Positions 1-12,679 of a stretch of DNA of 64,000 nucleotides are shown here, one piece after another. Made by a program: the position numbers and the translations under genes. The notes beneath the pieces were generated by a model, which made no database searches, had not been told where the DNA came from, and saw nothing but the letters and a program-made list of their open reading frames with translations. Position 1 is the stretch's first letter, and every line of letters starts with the position of its first letter. Location of the stretch: NCBI GenBank assembly GCA_012295275.1, contig CM022666.1, positions 5,084,001 through 5,148,000 on the forward strand, in the 5' to 3' direction. The stretch comes from Chrysomallon squamiferum (lineage: Eukaryota; Animalia; Mollusca).

Positions 1-250
1 GACAATTCACATAGATTACACAGAGAAACAACGGAACTGGGGAAAGACTGGATGGGCAGAGAAAGAGATAAAAATACAAATAATTACTAATATTTTAAAA
101 TACGTTTAATATTTGTATTTCATTTAATCGAATTTTCTTAGTAGCTTCAAAGACATGTACTATCATCATCATCATCATTACTGTCATTATTGTTATTATT
201 ATTATTATAATTATTATTATTGTTTTTATTTTTATTTATTTCTTTCATAG

Positions 251-996
251 AACTCTATCCGTCTGTTAGTTTTCGACACTTTTCCTATGAAGCAAGCGTT
301 TATAGAAAAGAAGTGTGATAATCAGATAAATGACTGAAACATATTTTATTTTTGTTGTACTGTTTATTTATTTATTATATACATCAACATTACGTAGACT
401 AAACTATATATATATATGTAAGCATATGAGTAATTCCTGGATTTTATTCAAAGATAGAGCAGCCTGCACTGTTTTGCGGTGTAGAATTTTATATTACGGT
501 ATATATTTATGTGGTCTTTAACAGTAAATATGGGGTCAATTAACGGTTAATTAAAAATGTACTTAGTGACGTGGTTAAAGTAAACGATCACTCCATCGCA
601 TAATATTTACTACATTAGGACAAGCCAAGCGAATCCTGTAACCTATCACGTATTTTTGACAGCAGTGTGTAAATTTCATTCTACGTTGGTGATATTTCCA
701 TCTCATCTAAACGTAAATACAACGTGCTTGACACTTCAGAGATAATAAAAACTGAAATTATTGTTCTTGGAGTGGACATGACTATGATGATATGTAAGGC
801 AGATTGCCAGAAATATGAATACAGAAATATTGCTTCACAAAAAGTTGTCGCGTTACTTTCTTCTTATTTCCATAACTTTAAAATGCACGAAATACTACTC
901 CTTATGGGTTTGTCCAGACAGGCTGAAAACGGAACCATTTTCGTTGTCTACGCTATATTGGATAAAACAGGGCGTTGGGTCGGGGCTAAATATTAG
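251..996 (+). pseudogene. TIR-like relic in unit A
   Basis: tttcatag|NSIRLLVFDTFPMKQAFIEKKCD at 251-319. 762-996 reads VLGVDMTMMICKA...SQKVVALLSSYF...ENGTIFVVYAILDKTGRW. Confidence 0.4.
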
Positions 997-2818
997 TGAA
1001 ACAAACCAGTTTTTCATACATTTTATTTACGGCTTGGACATAATTTCCAAAAATGTCCACGACTTTCCAAAACGCATTCAAACTTTTATAATAACAGTAT
1101 AACATTCAGGTTATTCCAGTAAACAATCAGTATGTCAAGGTCACTGTATCAAAGAGACGAAAGGGGAGCCATCACGTGATATAAATTTTAGCTTTGTTCA
1201 ATAAATGCGCATGCGTATTAGCAAGAGTTAGGACGCGCAATAGTGTATAGTGTTTTTACTATCATTTACTATCATACTGTGCGCGCGCACACACATATAC
1301 TCTTATACATTTTTTTTTTAGTTTAATTTTAATCATTGTTTTTTTATTATTTACTTTTTTTTTACCATTGTTTTTAATGAATTATATTTTTGCCTTTTTT
1401 TTTTTTTTTCTTCTTTTTCTTGATGTTTTACAAACTTTATTTATTACTGATTATGAAGTAAAATTTATAGCCTGGATGGAAAGCTCAGTTCTAGAAGAAT
1501 GTTATTTATTATTTCTCAGAAACCTTAATCTTAAGAAACACACACACATTCACACACATTTTTAAAGCAGTTTTATGAATGGGTGCACTGTCTTGCAAAT
1601 GACGTTCATGACCTAGTTACTGCTTTGTTAATGAACAGACCTTCAAAAAAATAATAATAAAAATTAAAAAATGTATCGGTGTTCATATTCATTTTCAACA
1701 ACAATAACAACAACAACCACAACAACTGATGTATTTATTTATATCAATAATAGTGCATTCATACTTTCTAAATCCGTCTATTATTAATTCGGTTGACAAC
1801 TTTACCTAGTGACCTGACAACTATTTATAGCTTGGGTGGAAAGCCCAGTGTGTTGCAAAAATATTCTGTAATTTTGTAATTGCAAGCAAGTAACAGAAAA
1901 TTGTCTATTACTTGTTAGTATTCATGACTCACGGGATCCAGTGATACAAATCAGTCCTGGGCAAACTGCCTGGCTTTGTGCACTGCAATACAATGTTTTT
2001 GAATATCTGAGATGATGTTAGCGATAAATGGAATGCATGTATTATGGTCTTTGATAACTTGTCATGCAGAAATGGTAGATCGGGAAGAATATTAACAGAA
2101 ACATCGAGAAAGATCACCCTCTGTCACTGAGTCAAAACAGACGGACGTACATGACTGGAGGGTGAGGGGTTATTTAAGAAATATTACTTCATTTTTGTGA
2201 TATAAATTTAGCTTTCTTGAATCCATGCGCATGTGTATTAACAAGTTAGGGCATACTGGTGACCTAGAACAGACACTGACATGCGCAGTTCAGTTAGTTA
2301 CGCGATACTAGGAGATATACAACTAAGAAGATTTTTATATGTAAAGTTATTCAACTTTTCTGAATAAAAAGAATTAAGTTTGGAAAACATGAATTGTGGA
2401 ACATCTACAAAGTCATTTTATACACAGGTACGTACTGTTATGTCAGTTTAGTTAATCTTTGCAGCTAAGTGTATGACCTTATTCAGAGCAAAGATCAGCT
2501 GCAAAATAAACGACAAAACAAAACAAATATATCACTTACTATCATATTGTGCGCGCACACATATATACTCTTATACATTTTGTTTTACTTTAATTTTAAT
2601 CATTTTTTATTTAGAATTAGATTTATCATTTATTTTATTAATTATATTTTTATCCTTTTAAAAAAAAAAAAATTAATTATCATATTTTTTTATCTTTGTT
2701 GTTTTACAAACTTTATTTATTACTGATTATGACGAACTATTTATAGCCTCAGTTCTAGAAGAATGTTATTTATTATTTCTCAGAAACCTTAATCTAAAGA
2801 AACACACACAAACACACA

Positions 2819-2850
<32 letters not shown>

Positions 2851-2932
2851 TTTTTAAAAAAGTCTAATGAATGCGTGTACAGTGTGACAAAAGGTGTTCG
2901 TGACCTAGTTACTGCTTCAATGAACCGACGTA

Positions 2933-2985
<53 letters not shown>

Positions 2986-4564
2986 TAATAATAATAATAA
3001 AGTATCGGTGTTCATATTCATTTTCAACAACAACAACCACAACTACAAGAACAGATTTATTTATTCTTAAAAATAATAATACATTCATACTTTTTAAATC
3101 CGTCTAATAGTAAGACGGTTGACAATTTCAACTAGTGACCTGACAACTATTTATAGCTTAGGTGGAAAGCCCAGTTCACAAACTAAATTAATATTCATTA
3201 CTTCTCGGAAATCTTCAAGGAGTTTGAAACAAACCAACCATATAGTGTTAATATGTTGTTATTCAAAATACTGGCAAATGCCCAAAGAATGTTATTAAAG
3301 TATAAAAAACGTTTTAAATAATAAATATATGTAAGTATATGTGTCTGTGTGTATATGTTGTAAATATATTTTGTAACTTTGTTATTGGAGCTAAGTAACA
3401 CAAAATGATCTGTTACTTGTTAGTATTCATGATCTCGGGATCCAGTGATACAAATCAGACCTGGACAAACAGCGTGGTTTCGTGAAGTACACGCTCATTC
3501 TTATTTATTTATTTTTTCTTATAAAATCAGATGAATAAATTATATTATTACTTTTGCAAATTTGAAATTATTTATTTGACATGAATGTTATTTGGAGAAA
3601 ATAGATACATATTCATATTGAATACATCAAGTTTTTCAAGTATTCATTTCTATGAGTGTTTTGTCCTAATTATTTCATAAAGTACAAGGGCAGCAGCTGT
3701 TCCATTCATGTTGACATAAATGATAATATTAAACCAAGACTCCAATATTTTTTTACAGAAAAGGTATATTTACCGAAGAGAGAGAAAAAAAAGTCCCTGT
3801 CTCCAAAGCAGGTCTTACTCGTATGTTTTTCTGTAGTAAAAATGGTTGATTAATGAAAAATGATGTTTTTTGTATGATGAGAAATGTTCCCATCCGGTCG
3901 GCTTAGTCTGTTGATGTTGACGAACTATTTACAGCCTGGGCGAAAAGCTCAGTTCTATAGCAATGTTATTTGTTACTTCTGAGAAACATTAATCTAAAGA
4001 AACACACCCCAAAAAAAACCCCAGATATATATATTTTTGTTTTTCACAGCATTCAAAATTATATATTAACAGTTATAATTGAGGCTTCTCGAACCAATTT
4101 TACAGCATGTACAGGCCAAAGTAGGTGGTCTCAGGATCTCTCAAAATTCTGTTCACATTTGATATTCTCACCACTACAGTGTCATTGGCTTTGAGATAGT
4201 AGACAGCTCCAATGTAGGAAGGAACAAAACGTTCATTGCCTCCTCGTACTTTGCATGTTGTTTGAGGATTTCTGTAGAGGACTTCATAATTTGGATATTT
4301 TTCAATCGAGTGACACAGCCTAGCGTATTCTAGCTCTCTCAGTTGGTTGGCATGGAATAAAACTTTGCTGTATATGAAGTAGTAAGCAGATTCTTTGACT
4401 TGAATCCCGTCAGCGACAACAGCCACACCTCCTTTCACAAACGACCTTTTACCAGACAACGTCCATTTTATCAAATGCTTCGGTGTGTCTGAAAAGTTTG
4501 TAAGAAAAAATTATTTTCCGTAATATTTTTATTTTAAATTGTCAACAGTTGTAGTTAATTCACA

Positions 4565-4968
4565 GAGCTTGAATACTATAGGCTGTATCACTCAATTGAA
4601 ATATATCGAAATTATGATCTCTACAGAAATCCTCAAACAGCATGCAAAGTACGAAGACACCAGGAAGGTTTTGTTCGTTCCTACATTGGAGCTGTTTACT
4701 ACCTGAAAGCCAATGACACTGTAGTGGTGAGAACATCAGTTGTGAACAGAATTTTGAGAGAATCTGAGGCCACCTACTTCGGTCTGTATATGTTGTAAAA
4801 TTGTTTCGAGAGGCATCAGTTATAACAGTTAATATATAATTTGTTTCAGCTTTCATAGAAAGACAGTACTAATATTTTATTACAACTTTATCATGAAACG
4901 TTTATATAAGGCATTTTTTCATCTTCCTTTATAAATCTTGTTTGGGGACATTTTGATTATTATTGTTA

Positions 4969-5030
<62 letters not shown>

Positions 5031-5179
5031 GTGGTCGGTTGTTTGTGATTGGATCAGCCTATATAGTCTTCAGTGGAATTATAAAAGAAAAGAAAATGGC
5101 TGTGATACCTTTTTTTTTGAATTATTGTAGATTAGTTTTGTTATTACTATTACTTTATTACTTTACTTATCACACACTA

Positions 5180-5213
<34 letters not shown>

Positions 5214-5600
5214 TTTTATTATTTAAAACATTTTTGATACTCTAATTGAATTCTTGCCAGTATTTTAAATAACAACGTATTAATACTAATGCAATATCAC
5301 AGTAGTACAATAGACTGTTAATACTATTATAAATTCAGTTTCACAATATTAATTACAGACTGTTGTTATTCTTATGAATGCATTATTATTGCTATAAATA
5401 AATACCTTTACTTTAAAAAAAAAAAAAGGGAAATGCTAGTCGGTTTCCTAACAACGCAATAACTAGGTTAAAAACGCCATTTGCAATACAACGAATGCAA
5501 TCATAACACTATATGTTTAAGACGTGTGTGTGCGTGTGGGAGTGTGTGTGTGTGTGTGGGTGATTCTTAATATTATTTATTTATTTTTATAACAATATAT
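4565..5600 (+). pseudogene. Inverted partial copy of the TNF last exon plus 3' flank, inside intron of copy 1
   Basis: 4565-4798 reads ELEYYRLYHSIEIYRNYDLYRNPQTACKVRRHQEGFVRSYIGAVYYLKANDTVVVRTSVVNRILRESEATYFGLYML* on +. The sequence to ~5600 is the reverse complement of the copy-3 3' flank (~39240-40090). Confidence 0.9.
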
Positions 5601-5604
5601 TGAT

Positions 5605-6128
5605 CATTCAGGTTTTAGTTAATCAGATGTTAATGGCTGAAAAGGTGTTATTTTCATGTATGTGCATTTTTTAAATCTATATTGTGGCTAAACAAAAAAA
5701 TTACACCCAGGAAACTTTTATATGTTTTAGTTAACATGTGGGAGATTAAATTTCAATAAAGGTCAGCTCAAGGTCACGTGATATACACGGTTAATTTCAA
5801 GGTCATAACAAAGGTCAAAAGGTGAATGTACCCCAATATTTGGAATCCTTGTCATATTGCCTTTTTAACAATACCAATTTTATGAAAATTGGCCCAGTAG
5901 TTCCTGAGATATGAGGGTTCAAACGTTGGTGGTCACGCCCATTTTTGCCAAAAATCTCAAAATTCGGTGGGCCATATCTCCCACACCACTGGTCCGATTG
6001 GGCTAATATTTCAGATTTGGTGCTGTGGGATCCCAGTCAACAAATACACCAAGTTTTATAAAAATCTGAGACAGTCGGGTGTAAATTTCTTTTTTTTGGG
6101 AGGGGGTGATTTGACATGGAATGACCCT
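5605..6128. mobile_element. Probable truncated non-autonomous DNA transposon in intron of TNF copy 1
   Basis: Not seen elsewhere in the window, higher GC, clustered aaggtca motifs, an internal imperfect inverted repeat (ccagtagttcctgagatatg / catatctcccacaccactgg), and an abrupt end at gatttgacatggaatgaccc. No matching left TIR seen. Confidence 0.45.
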
Positions 6129-7799
6129 ATACTACTACCACTACTACTACTACAACCACTACTACTACTACTCTACTGTTACTACTACTCGTACTAGTAC
6201 TACTACTACTACTATTATTACTAGTACTCTACTACTACTTCTACTATTACTACTACTACTATTTCTTTTCTTACTTTTGTCATATGTTGCATTCACTTCC
6301 ATTTGTAGATGAGCCGAAGTCTTCACATTGTTTTTAATATTCAGATTGTAAGCGACCTCTCTGATCTGTTTAAGTTTTTGTTCTGAAATATATAATTATA
6401 TATACAGACACTCATACACACACATGCACACACACATATATATACATTGATACATGTATAAATACATTGATACATATGTACATAGACTCGTACACATATT
6501 GATATTATCTAAATTCAGAAGATCAGCGACATCTCTGATCTGCTTAAATGTTTTTCTGAAACACACACACACACAGACACACGTATACATACGTACATAA
6601 CATTGTACGCACACACAAACATACAAATACATAATTATAAAAGCGTTTGTAGATATTTAAATATGTGTGTTTGTGTTAACTTACCACTTTTCTCCGCTTT
6701 TGTTTCACTTTCACTCAGTTTCTAAAAAGAATATTAATAATCATTTTGAAGCTCTTCCACAATAATCACTTTTAAATTGATAAATATTTTTCAGGACGAA
6801 CAATTTCTCCTTTTCTTAATTTCAATATTATTAAACGTATATAAATCTCTTTTTTTAATTTCATTTGCAATGGATGCATTCAACTCTTTTTAATATCTTT
6901 ATACAGAATTTACCTCTATCTTAATTTCATATCTACATAACACTATTTTCTTTTTGCCTTTCTTTTATTCTGTTGTTTTTTTTTTTCTTTTTAATTTTTA
7001 TTTACAATGAACATAAATTTGTTATATTTTTATACAGAATTTACCTATATCTTAATTACATACCCAAATTTTATTTTATTTTATTTTATTTTATTTATTT
7101 ATTGTATATAATGTATTTATGGAATGTTTCTCGGAATTGAATACAGAATTTACCTTTTCATAATTTCACTGATCACTTTTTCTCCATCTCTGTAACAGCA
7201 ATACGTGGTATTGTTCCTGGTTCTGTTCGTAGATTTGTCATCACAACAGTTTTCTCCTGGTTTGCATGAGATTTTCACACACAGTTCCTTGTCAAACAAC
7301 AAGTTGGTTTCTCTGTTCAGAAATTCTTTTAGTGTTACAGATACAATGACACTGATGAGTATCAAGTTTAGTACCATAAAAGAAATGACAAGGACTGGAC
7401 GAACTGGTGCCATTTTGTGTAACAACTTTTAATTCCTTTAGCTGTAAAACACGACCATAAGAAAAACAATTGTGAGGAGTAATAAATAATACCAAGATAA
7501 ATACGCACATACACTATATACACTTATATATAGCATTATTCCAGCAAACAAAAAAACAAAAACAAAAAAAATTAACTTGTGTAAATAAAAAGCTTTTTTA
7601 AGAATGGTTAAATAAATAAATAAAATAATAACTATTACCAAGACAAATTCACACACAATACACACACGTACATATAGCTCTATATAACTTTCTTTCAAAA
7701 AAAAAAAAAAATTAAAATAAATACTACTAAGATATATTTACGTCGATAATGGTCCAGTGTGAGGTCAAAAAATAAAATAAAAAATAAAAAATAAATAAA

Positions 7800-8510
7800 T
7801 AAAATGCCAGGCTTGATTTATCAATTTTCACGGATGCCTAGTAAACTACTGTGTACAAATACTCACCACTGAAATCCAATATGACAGCACAGCGATGTCT
7901 AATGCAACAGATAATCCTCCTGATGTAAACCTTGGACACGTGATACCACAAAGTTTGTCTCCAATTGCTGAAGAATGTAAAGAGGAGAGTTTTTCATCAG
8001 AAATTATTTATATCACTGGAAAGACGTGGAAATTTAAAAAATAATAATAATAAAGATATTTTTTCTCTCAAGAAAAATAGGGAAAGTGTGACGGTAGATT
8101 GGCAATCAAAGACATAACTTTCTAACAATGAAAACAATGTAAAAAAATTAAAGTAACAGAAAAACAGCTCGAGGTAACATAATGTGTCAAAGCGCAATAA
8201 ACATTCAGTGCCCTGAAGTGGAGTAAACATCCAATCAAGTGGCAGTATTTTGATCACGTGACTAATGAAAGCGATGATGGCTCGTTTCCAGTATTCTACA
8301 GCCAAACCATCTTATTTTCTGTGGTTGTTATTATTCTTACCTGACAACGCATGTGCTAGATACTTATCGACCTTACCGCGATGTTTTGTTTTTTCAAGTC
8401 GGTGTAATATCACTTAATATTATACAAGTGAAACTAGGGCGTGGAGAAATCCTAAACAGCAAAGTGAACTGGTACATTAAGGTGCCAGTGGCACGGATTC
8501 CACATGCATT
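7800..8510 (+). pseudogene. Degenerate coding-like insert in TNF intron 1 (copies at ~14620-14790 and ~30875-31550); possibly Ig-like
   Basis: Higher-complexity sequence with broken frames (LSIFSGCLVSHCVQILTTEIQYDSTAMSN..., YHWKDVEI, CDGTLAISDVTF, HPIKWQYFD). Absent from intron 1 of copy 4. Confidence 0.35.
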
Positions 8511-8783
8511 TTGCACATTTTCGATGTAATATCACTTAATATTATATTATACACATGAAATTAGGACGTGCACAAATCCTAAACAGCATAGTGAAATTAT
8601 AATTTTATATAAATATATATAACCTATGAAATAAGTGAAATAATCCTTTTATATAAATATTTATAATCAATGAAATAAATGAAATTATAATTTTATATAA
8701 ATATATATTACCTAAGAAATAAGTGAAATTATAATTTTATATAAATAAATATAACCTATGAAATAAGTAAAACATTTACATAC

Positions 8784-8922
8784 CTAAATTAGGCTCAGTC
8801 TGTGTTCATAAAGGAGTGAAGCACGTCTACGCTCTATGACAGGCTTCGTTGATTTTTATACCAGCGATTTTGAAAAGATCATGTGATATTCTCTACCCTC
8901 TCCCTCGATCATTTTTGATTGG
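8784..8922 (-). promoter_or_regulatory. Core promoter and short non-coding first exon of TNF copy 1 (CCAAT, TATAAAA, donor)
   Basis: On the minus strand: CCAAT at 8922-8918, TATAAAA at 8860-8854, then an AG|GTATGT donor at 8783. In-frame stops upstream of the ATG in exon 2 imply a non-coding exon 1. Confidence 0.6.
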
Positions 8923-9214
8923 CTAAGAGGAAATATCGTCTGATTTATTTAAATTTATTGCTTAATGTTTTTTCTTCTGTCGTTTTTAATTTTTCGCTAT
9001 AGATTTCGTATAGTCATTTAATATACTATGAATATGTATGAGCAAAGTTATTATATGTATTTTTTTTGTCTGTTTGTATTGTTCATAAATAAGCTACATA
9101 TTATAGTTGTTATTGCTATAATTGTTGTTGTAATAGCAGTAGTTGTTGTTGTAGTTGTGGTAGTAATAGTAGTAGTTGTTGTTGCGGTTGGTTTTGCGGT
9201 TATTGTTAAATAAA

Positions 9215-9832
9215 GAGTGCAGCGTAATTTCTATTCCTGTGTCAACTAAGCCATAAACAACAAAAGGAAAACATGTAGTCTGTGTATCACACAGTGGAAA
9301 TTTCCAGCCCGGATTTGTTATCTTACACGTAATCTAAATAAATAAGTGTAGTTATCCATTTATTATTACAGAGACAGGAATATAAAATGTCTCAAAAATA
9401 TTTTCCAGTGACAGAAGACTCTTCTGTTTGTAAATGTCACTTGTAGCATGACTGTTGATTCAGTCTGCCGAATAAAAAAAAAAAAAAAGAAATGAGTGAA
9501 ATAATGTAAAATTAAATAAAAAAAAAAATAAATGAAAATAATTATTTGAAATAAAACAAATAAGAATAAAAAATTGTAAAAAGTAAAGTAAAATAAATAA
9601 ATAAAGTAAAATATGCTGACTAAAATAAAAAATAAATAAAAATAAAAATGTGATAAAAATAAAATAAAAATACAAAATGATAAAAGTAAAATAAAATAAA
9701 TAAATAAATACAATAAGATATATAAATATAAATTAATTAATTAAATCAATAAAATAAATAAAATAAAATAATAGTAAGATAGAATAAAATAAAAATAAAA
9801 ACAAACAAATAAACCATAAATAAATAAATATA

Positions 9833-9869
<37 letters not shown>

Positions 9870-10463
9870 AAAAAAAGATAAAGAAAAGAGAAACGATATA
9901 TTCTGTGTGTCACATGGTGGACATTTATACATAATCTGGATAAATAACTGAAGTCATCCATTTATTACTACAGGGCCAGGAATATGAAAAGTCTCAGAAA
10001 TATCTGCCTGTGACAGAAGAATCTTTCACTTGTAAACGTTACTTGTATCATGACTGTTGATTCAGTGGCTGGAAAAAAAGTCACAATTTTTATATAACAA
10101 AATGTATGAATCTGTAGAGTATTGAATGTGACATCATAGTCTACATGGAGTAATTGTTAAGCTTACTGATTAGGTCAATTAGGTTAGATTAAAGAAAGAG
10201 TCTTCATATTGTGCAGTGGTGATGCTTGGGTCCAGCTTACTGATTAGGATAGATTTAAACTAAGGGCTTCCTATTGTAAATGATTCATAAAATGTTCCAT
10301 TTTGAAATGTGTTTCACTATATATTCTCCAGTTTGCTCAAGTGTCAGAAGTATATTTAATATAGGAGTTATTCATAGCAATAAGGGTGGTATCAAAATCT
10401 GTTATGAAGGGTTCGTGTATGCTGCGGCAGAATTTCTTCGTGATATCGGGTGGAACATCAGCC
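9215..10463 (-). pseudogene. Unidentified coding relic ('gene Y'); paralogs at ~18060-18215, ~34070-34200 and ~56270-57935
   Basis: Exon-like blocks after AG acceptors. Consensus frames across copies: ADVPPDITKKFCRSIHEPFITDFDTTLIAMNN..KYTSDTRESWRIYSETHF and HDTSNVYKWKILLSQADIFETFHIPGPVVINGRLQIFIPITCKMRNPGWNFPLCDTQTTCFPFVVYGLVDTG. Stops fall at different places in different copies. Confidence 0.4.
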
Positions 10464-10814
10464 TAAACCATCAACATTAAAACCAAAGAACATTAACAAA
10501 ATACTCTGACAAAATGTGTTTAATCTATCTTTCATTGCTAATGTATTTCATAATTAAAAATTGTAACTAGTTATGTATATGTTTGCTCTTCTGTATTAAA
10601 CCCGTATGTGATTGTTGTGATCGATTACAATTATTCTATCCATCTATATTATTCTTTACTGCTCTATTGAATACAGTTTTAAAAATGTCTTGTGTTTGTT
10701 GTGTTCTAGTACAATAAAGGGTGTATACATATATATGCTTTCTTATTAGATTTTGCATGTGTTCATACTTTTGTTTAATAGATATTACCAGTGAAGGGTT
10801 TCTTTTTTATGTTT

Positions 10815-11120
10815 GTCAGGCTTTGAATACTCAGAGATCATTTTAGCATATTATTCTTTAGTACGAAGACACAAAGAACATTTTGTTGCTTCCTACATTT
10901 GAGGTGTTGACTACCTGAAAGTCAGTGACACTGTATATACACAAACACATACATTACATACATTTTACAAATATATAAAAATTGTTCAATTAAATAAAAA
11001 TGTTTATTATTATCTCAACTCTATTCTGTTGAAGTTGAGCAGCTTAGATTCACCACCTTACGCTTAAAACCATCATAATAACCGTTATTATAATTAATTA
11101 ATTAATTATTATTATTATTA

Positions 11121-11176
<56 letters not shown>

Positions 11177-11298
11177 TATTGATTTATTGACTGATTTATT
11201 TATTTGTTTATTTATTATTGTTGTTGTTGTTGTTGCTAGTTAGTTATTTTGGTCCATATAAATAGAGATTATACATTTTTTTCAATTAAATTTGTTAA

Positions 11299-11392
<94 letters not shown>

Positions 11393-11670
11393 TATTTAAA
11401 ATATGTTTGATACTCTAATAGGATTCTTTGAATAGTTGCCAGTGTTTTTAAATACAACATATTATCACTATGTTAAGCTTTGTTTTTTCCTCTCAAGAAG
11501 AGTTCCGAGAAGTAATAAATACTCATTTTATTCCTCAACTGGGCTATAAATGGATGTTACGTCAGCCGAATTACTAATAGACGGATTCATAAAGTTTGAA
11601 TACATTATTATTATTAAATAAATTTGTTGTTGTTGTTGTTGTTGTTACTTTTGTTGAAAATGAAAATGAA
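10815..11670 (+). pseudogene. Degenerate inverted THD fragment plus inverted 3' flank (paralogs at ~18800-18900 and ~58480-59280)
   Basis: 10860-10935 reads VRRHKEHFVASYI*GVDYLKVSDTV. 11430-11670 is the reverse complement of the TNF downstream flank at ~3000-3280. Confidence 0.65.
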
Positions 11671-12114
11671 AACAAATATCTTTTTAAAGTGAAATAAATA
11701 AATTAATTAAAAGAAAAAAGTCATAAAATGAAATGAAATAAAAGAAATACAGTAAAATAAACTAATGAAAATAAACAAACAAACAAACAAATAATTAAAT
11801 AAATCAATAAATAAATAAATAAAGTTTATAGCAGATATTCCCTCAATTCATGCATAAACTTCTTCACCTTTTTTGCTCAATTCCTCGATAAATTATAAAT
11901 ATATAATTAAAAAAATATCCCGCTTTCCCGATCTTTTTTTTTTTTACAAATTATATAAATAAAAATTTAATAGTTAGTTGCTCGAAATAAATGGTACAAA
12001 CGGGTACAATGCATGTGTTTAAGTCAGTTTTTCATTCAGTCACGTGCTAAAGCTTCTCTCAGTCTCCCGATACCTAACTTAACGATCGCAAATTTGGAAC
12101 CACTGTTAACTTAC

Positions 12115-12460
12115 CACATTTCTCAGTTTTTGTGTGACTTTCACTCAGTTTCTAAAAAGAATGTTAATAACCACTTTGAAACTCGTCTATTATAATCAAG
12201 TTTAAATTTATAAATATTTTTCAACATAATGAATTTCTCCTTTTCATAATTTAAATATTATTAAACGCATATGGATATTTTTTATAATTTTGTTTGTAAT
12301 GAACTTAACTATTTAATATTTTTTATATAGAATTTACCTATTTCTATATAAAACTTATTTTTTGTTGTTTTTCTTTTTAATGCATTTAATGTATTTATAA
12401 AACTGATACGTATCAAGATCAGTACTTCATTTTCCTTTAGATACAGTCTGTGTCAAACAT
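12115..12460 (-). pseudogene. TNF relic: 37-nt exon plus 5' stub of a copy-3-type first coding exon
   Basis: 12151-12115 encodes KLSESHTKTEKC with intact AG/GT. 12421-12455 matches the copy-3 exon-2 start (cttcattttcctttagat.cagtctgtgtc); most of exon 2 is deleted. Confidence 0.75.
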
Positions 12461-12534
12461 GATAAAAATGTTATTAATAACAAAATAAAAACAAACACAT
12501 AAATAACATTCTTTCAAAAAATAATAAATAAAAC

Positions 12535-12679
<145 letters not shown>

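Larger units (their letters stand above)
4100..7413 (-). pseudogene. TNF superfamily ligand, copy 1 (1-nt frameshift at end of first coding exon; could be a homopolymer sequencing error)
   Basis: Exons 7413-7154 (260 nt instead of 261; ATG AAA AG|gt versus ATG AAA AAG|gt in copies 2 and 3), 6721-6685, 6382-6275 and 4488-4100. All other exons are open with GT-AG sites. The spliced product reaches TGA in the 37-nt exon. Confidence 0.8.

Noticed and set aside
4565-4798. Independent functional plus-strand TNF gene
   Set aside because: It lacks the N-terminal THD strands, and no plus-strand upstream exons or promoter are visible; it is a partial inverted duplicate.
7205-7432. Plus-strand ORFs MVLFLVLFVDLSSQQFSPG (also 41739, 55202)
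   Set aside because: Antisense shadow of TNF coding exon 1.
9366-9961. Phe/Ile/Tyr-rich 'membrane protein' ORFs (also 57009-57370)
   Set aside because: Translation of low-complexity (TAAA)n and A-rich tracts.
10280-10480. Plus-strand ORF ...KICYEGFVYAAAEFLRDIGWNISLNH (also 57753)
   Set aside because: Short and without splice context. The opposite strand has an AG acceptor and a longer consensus frame, so it is treated as a shadow, although strand assignment is not certain.
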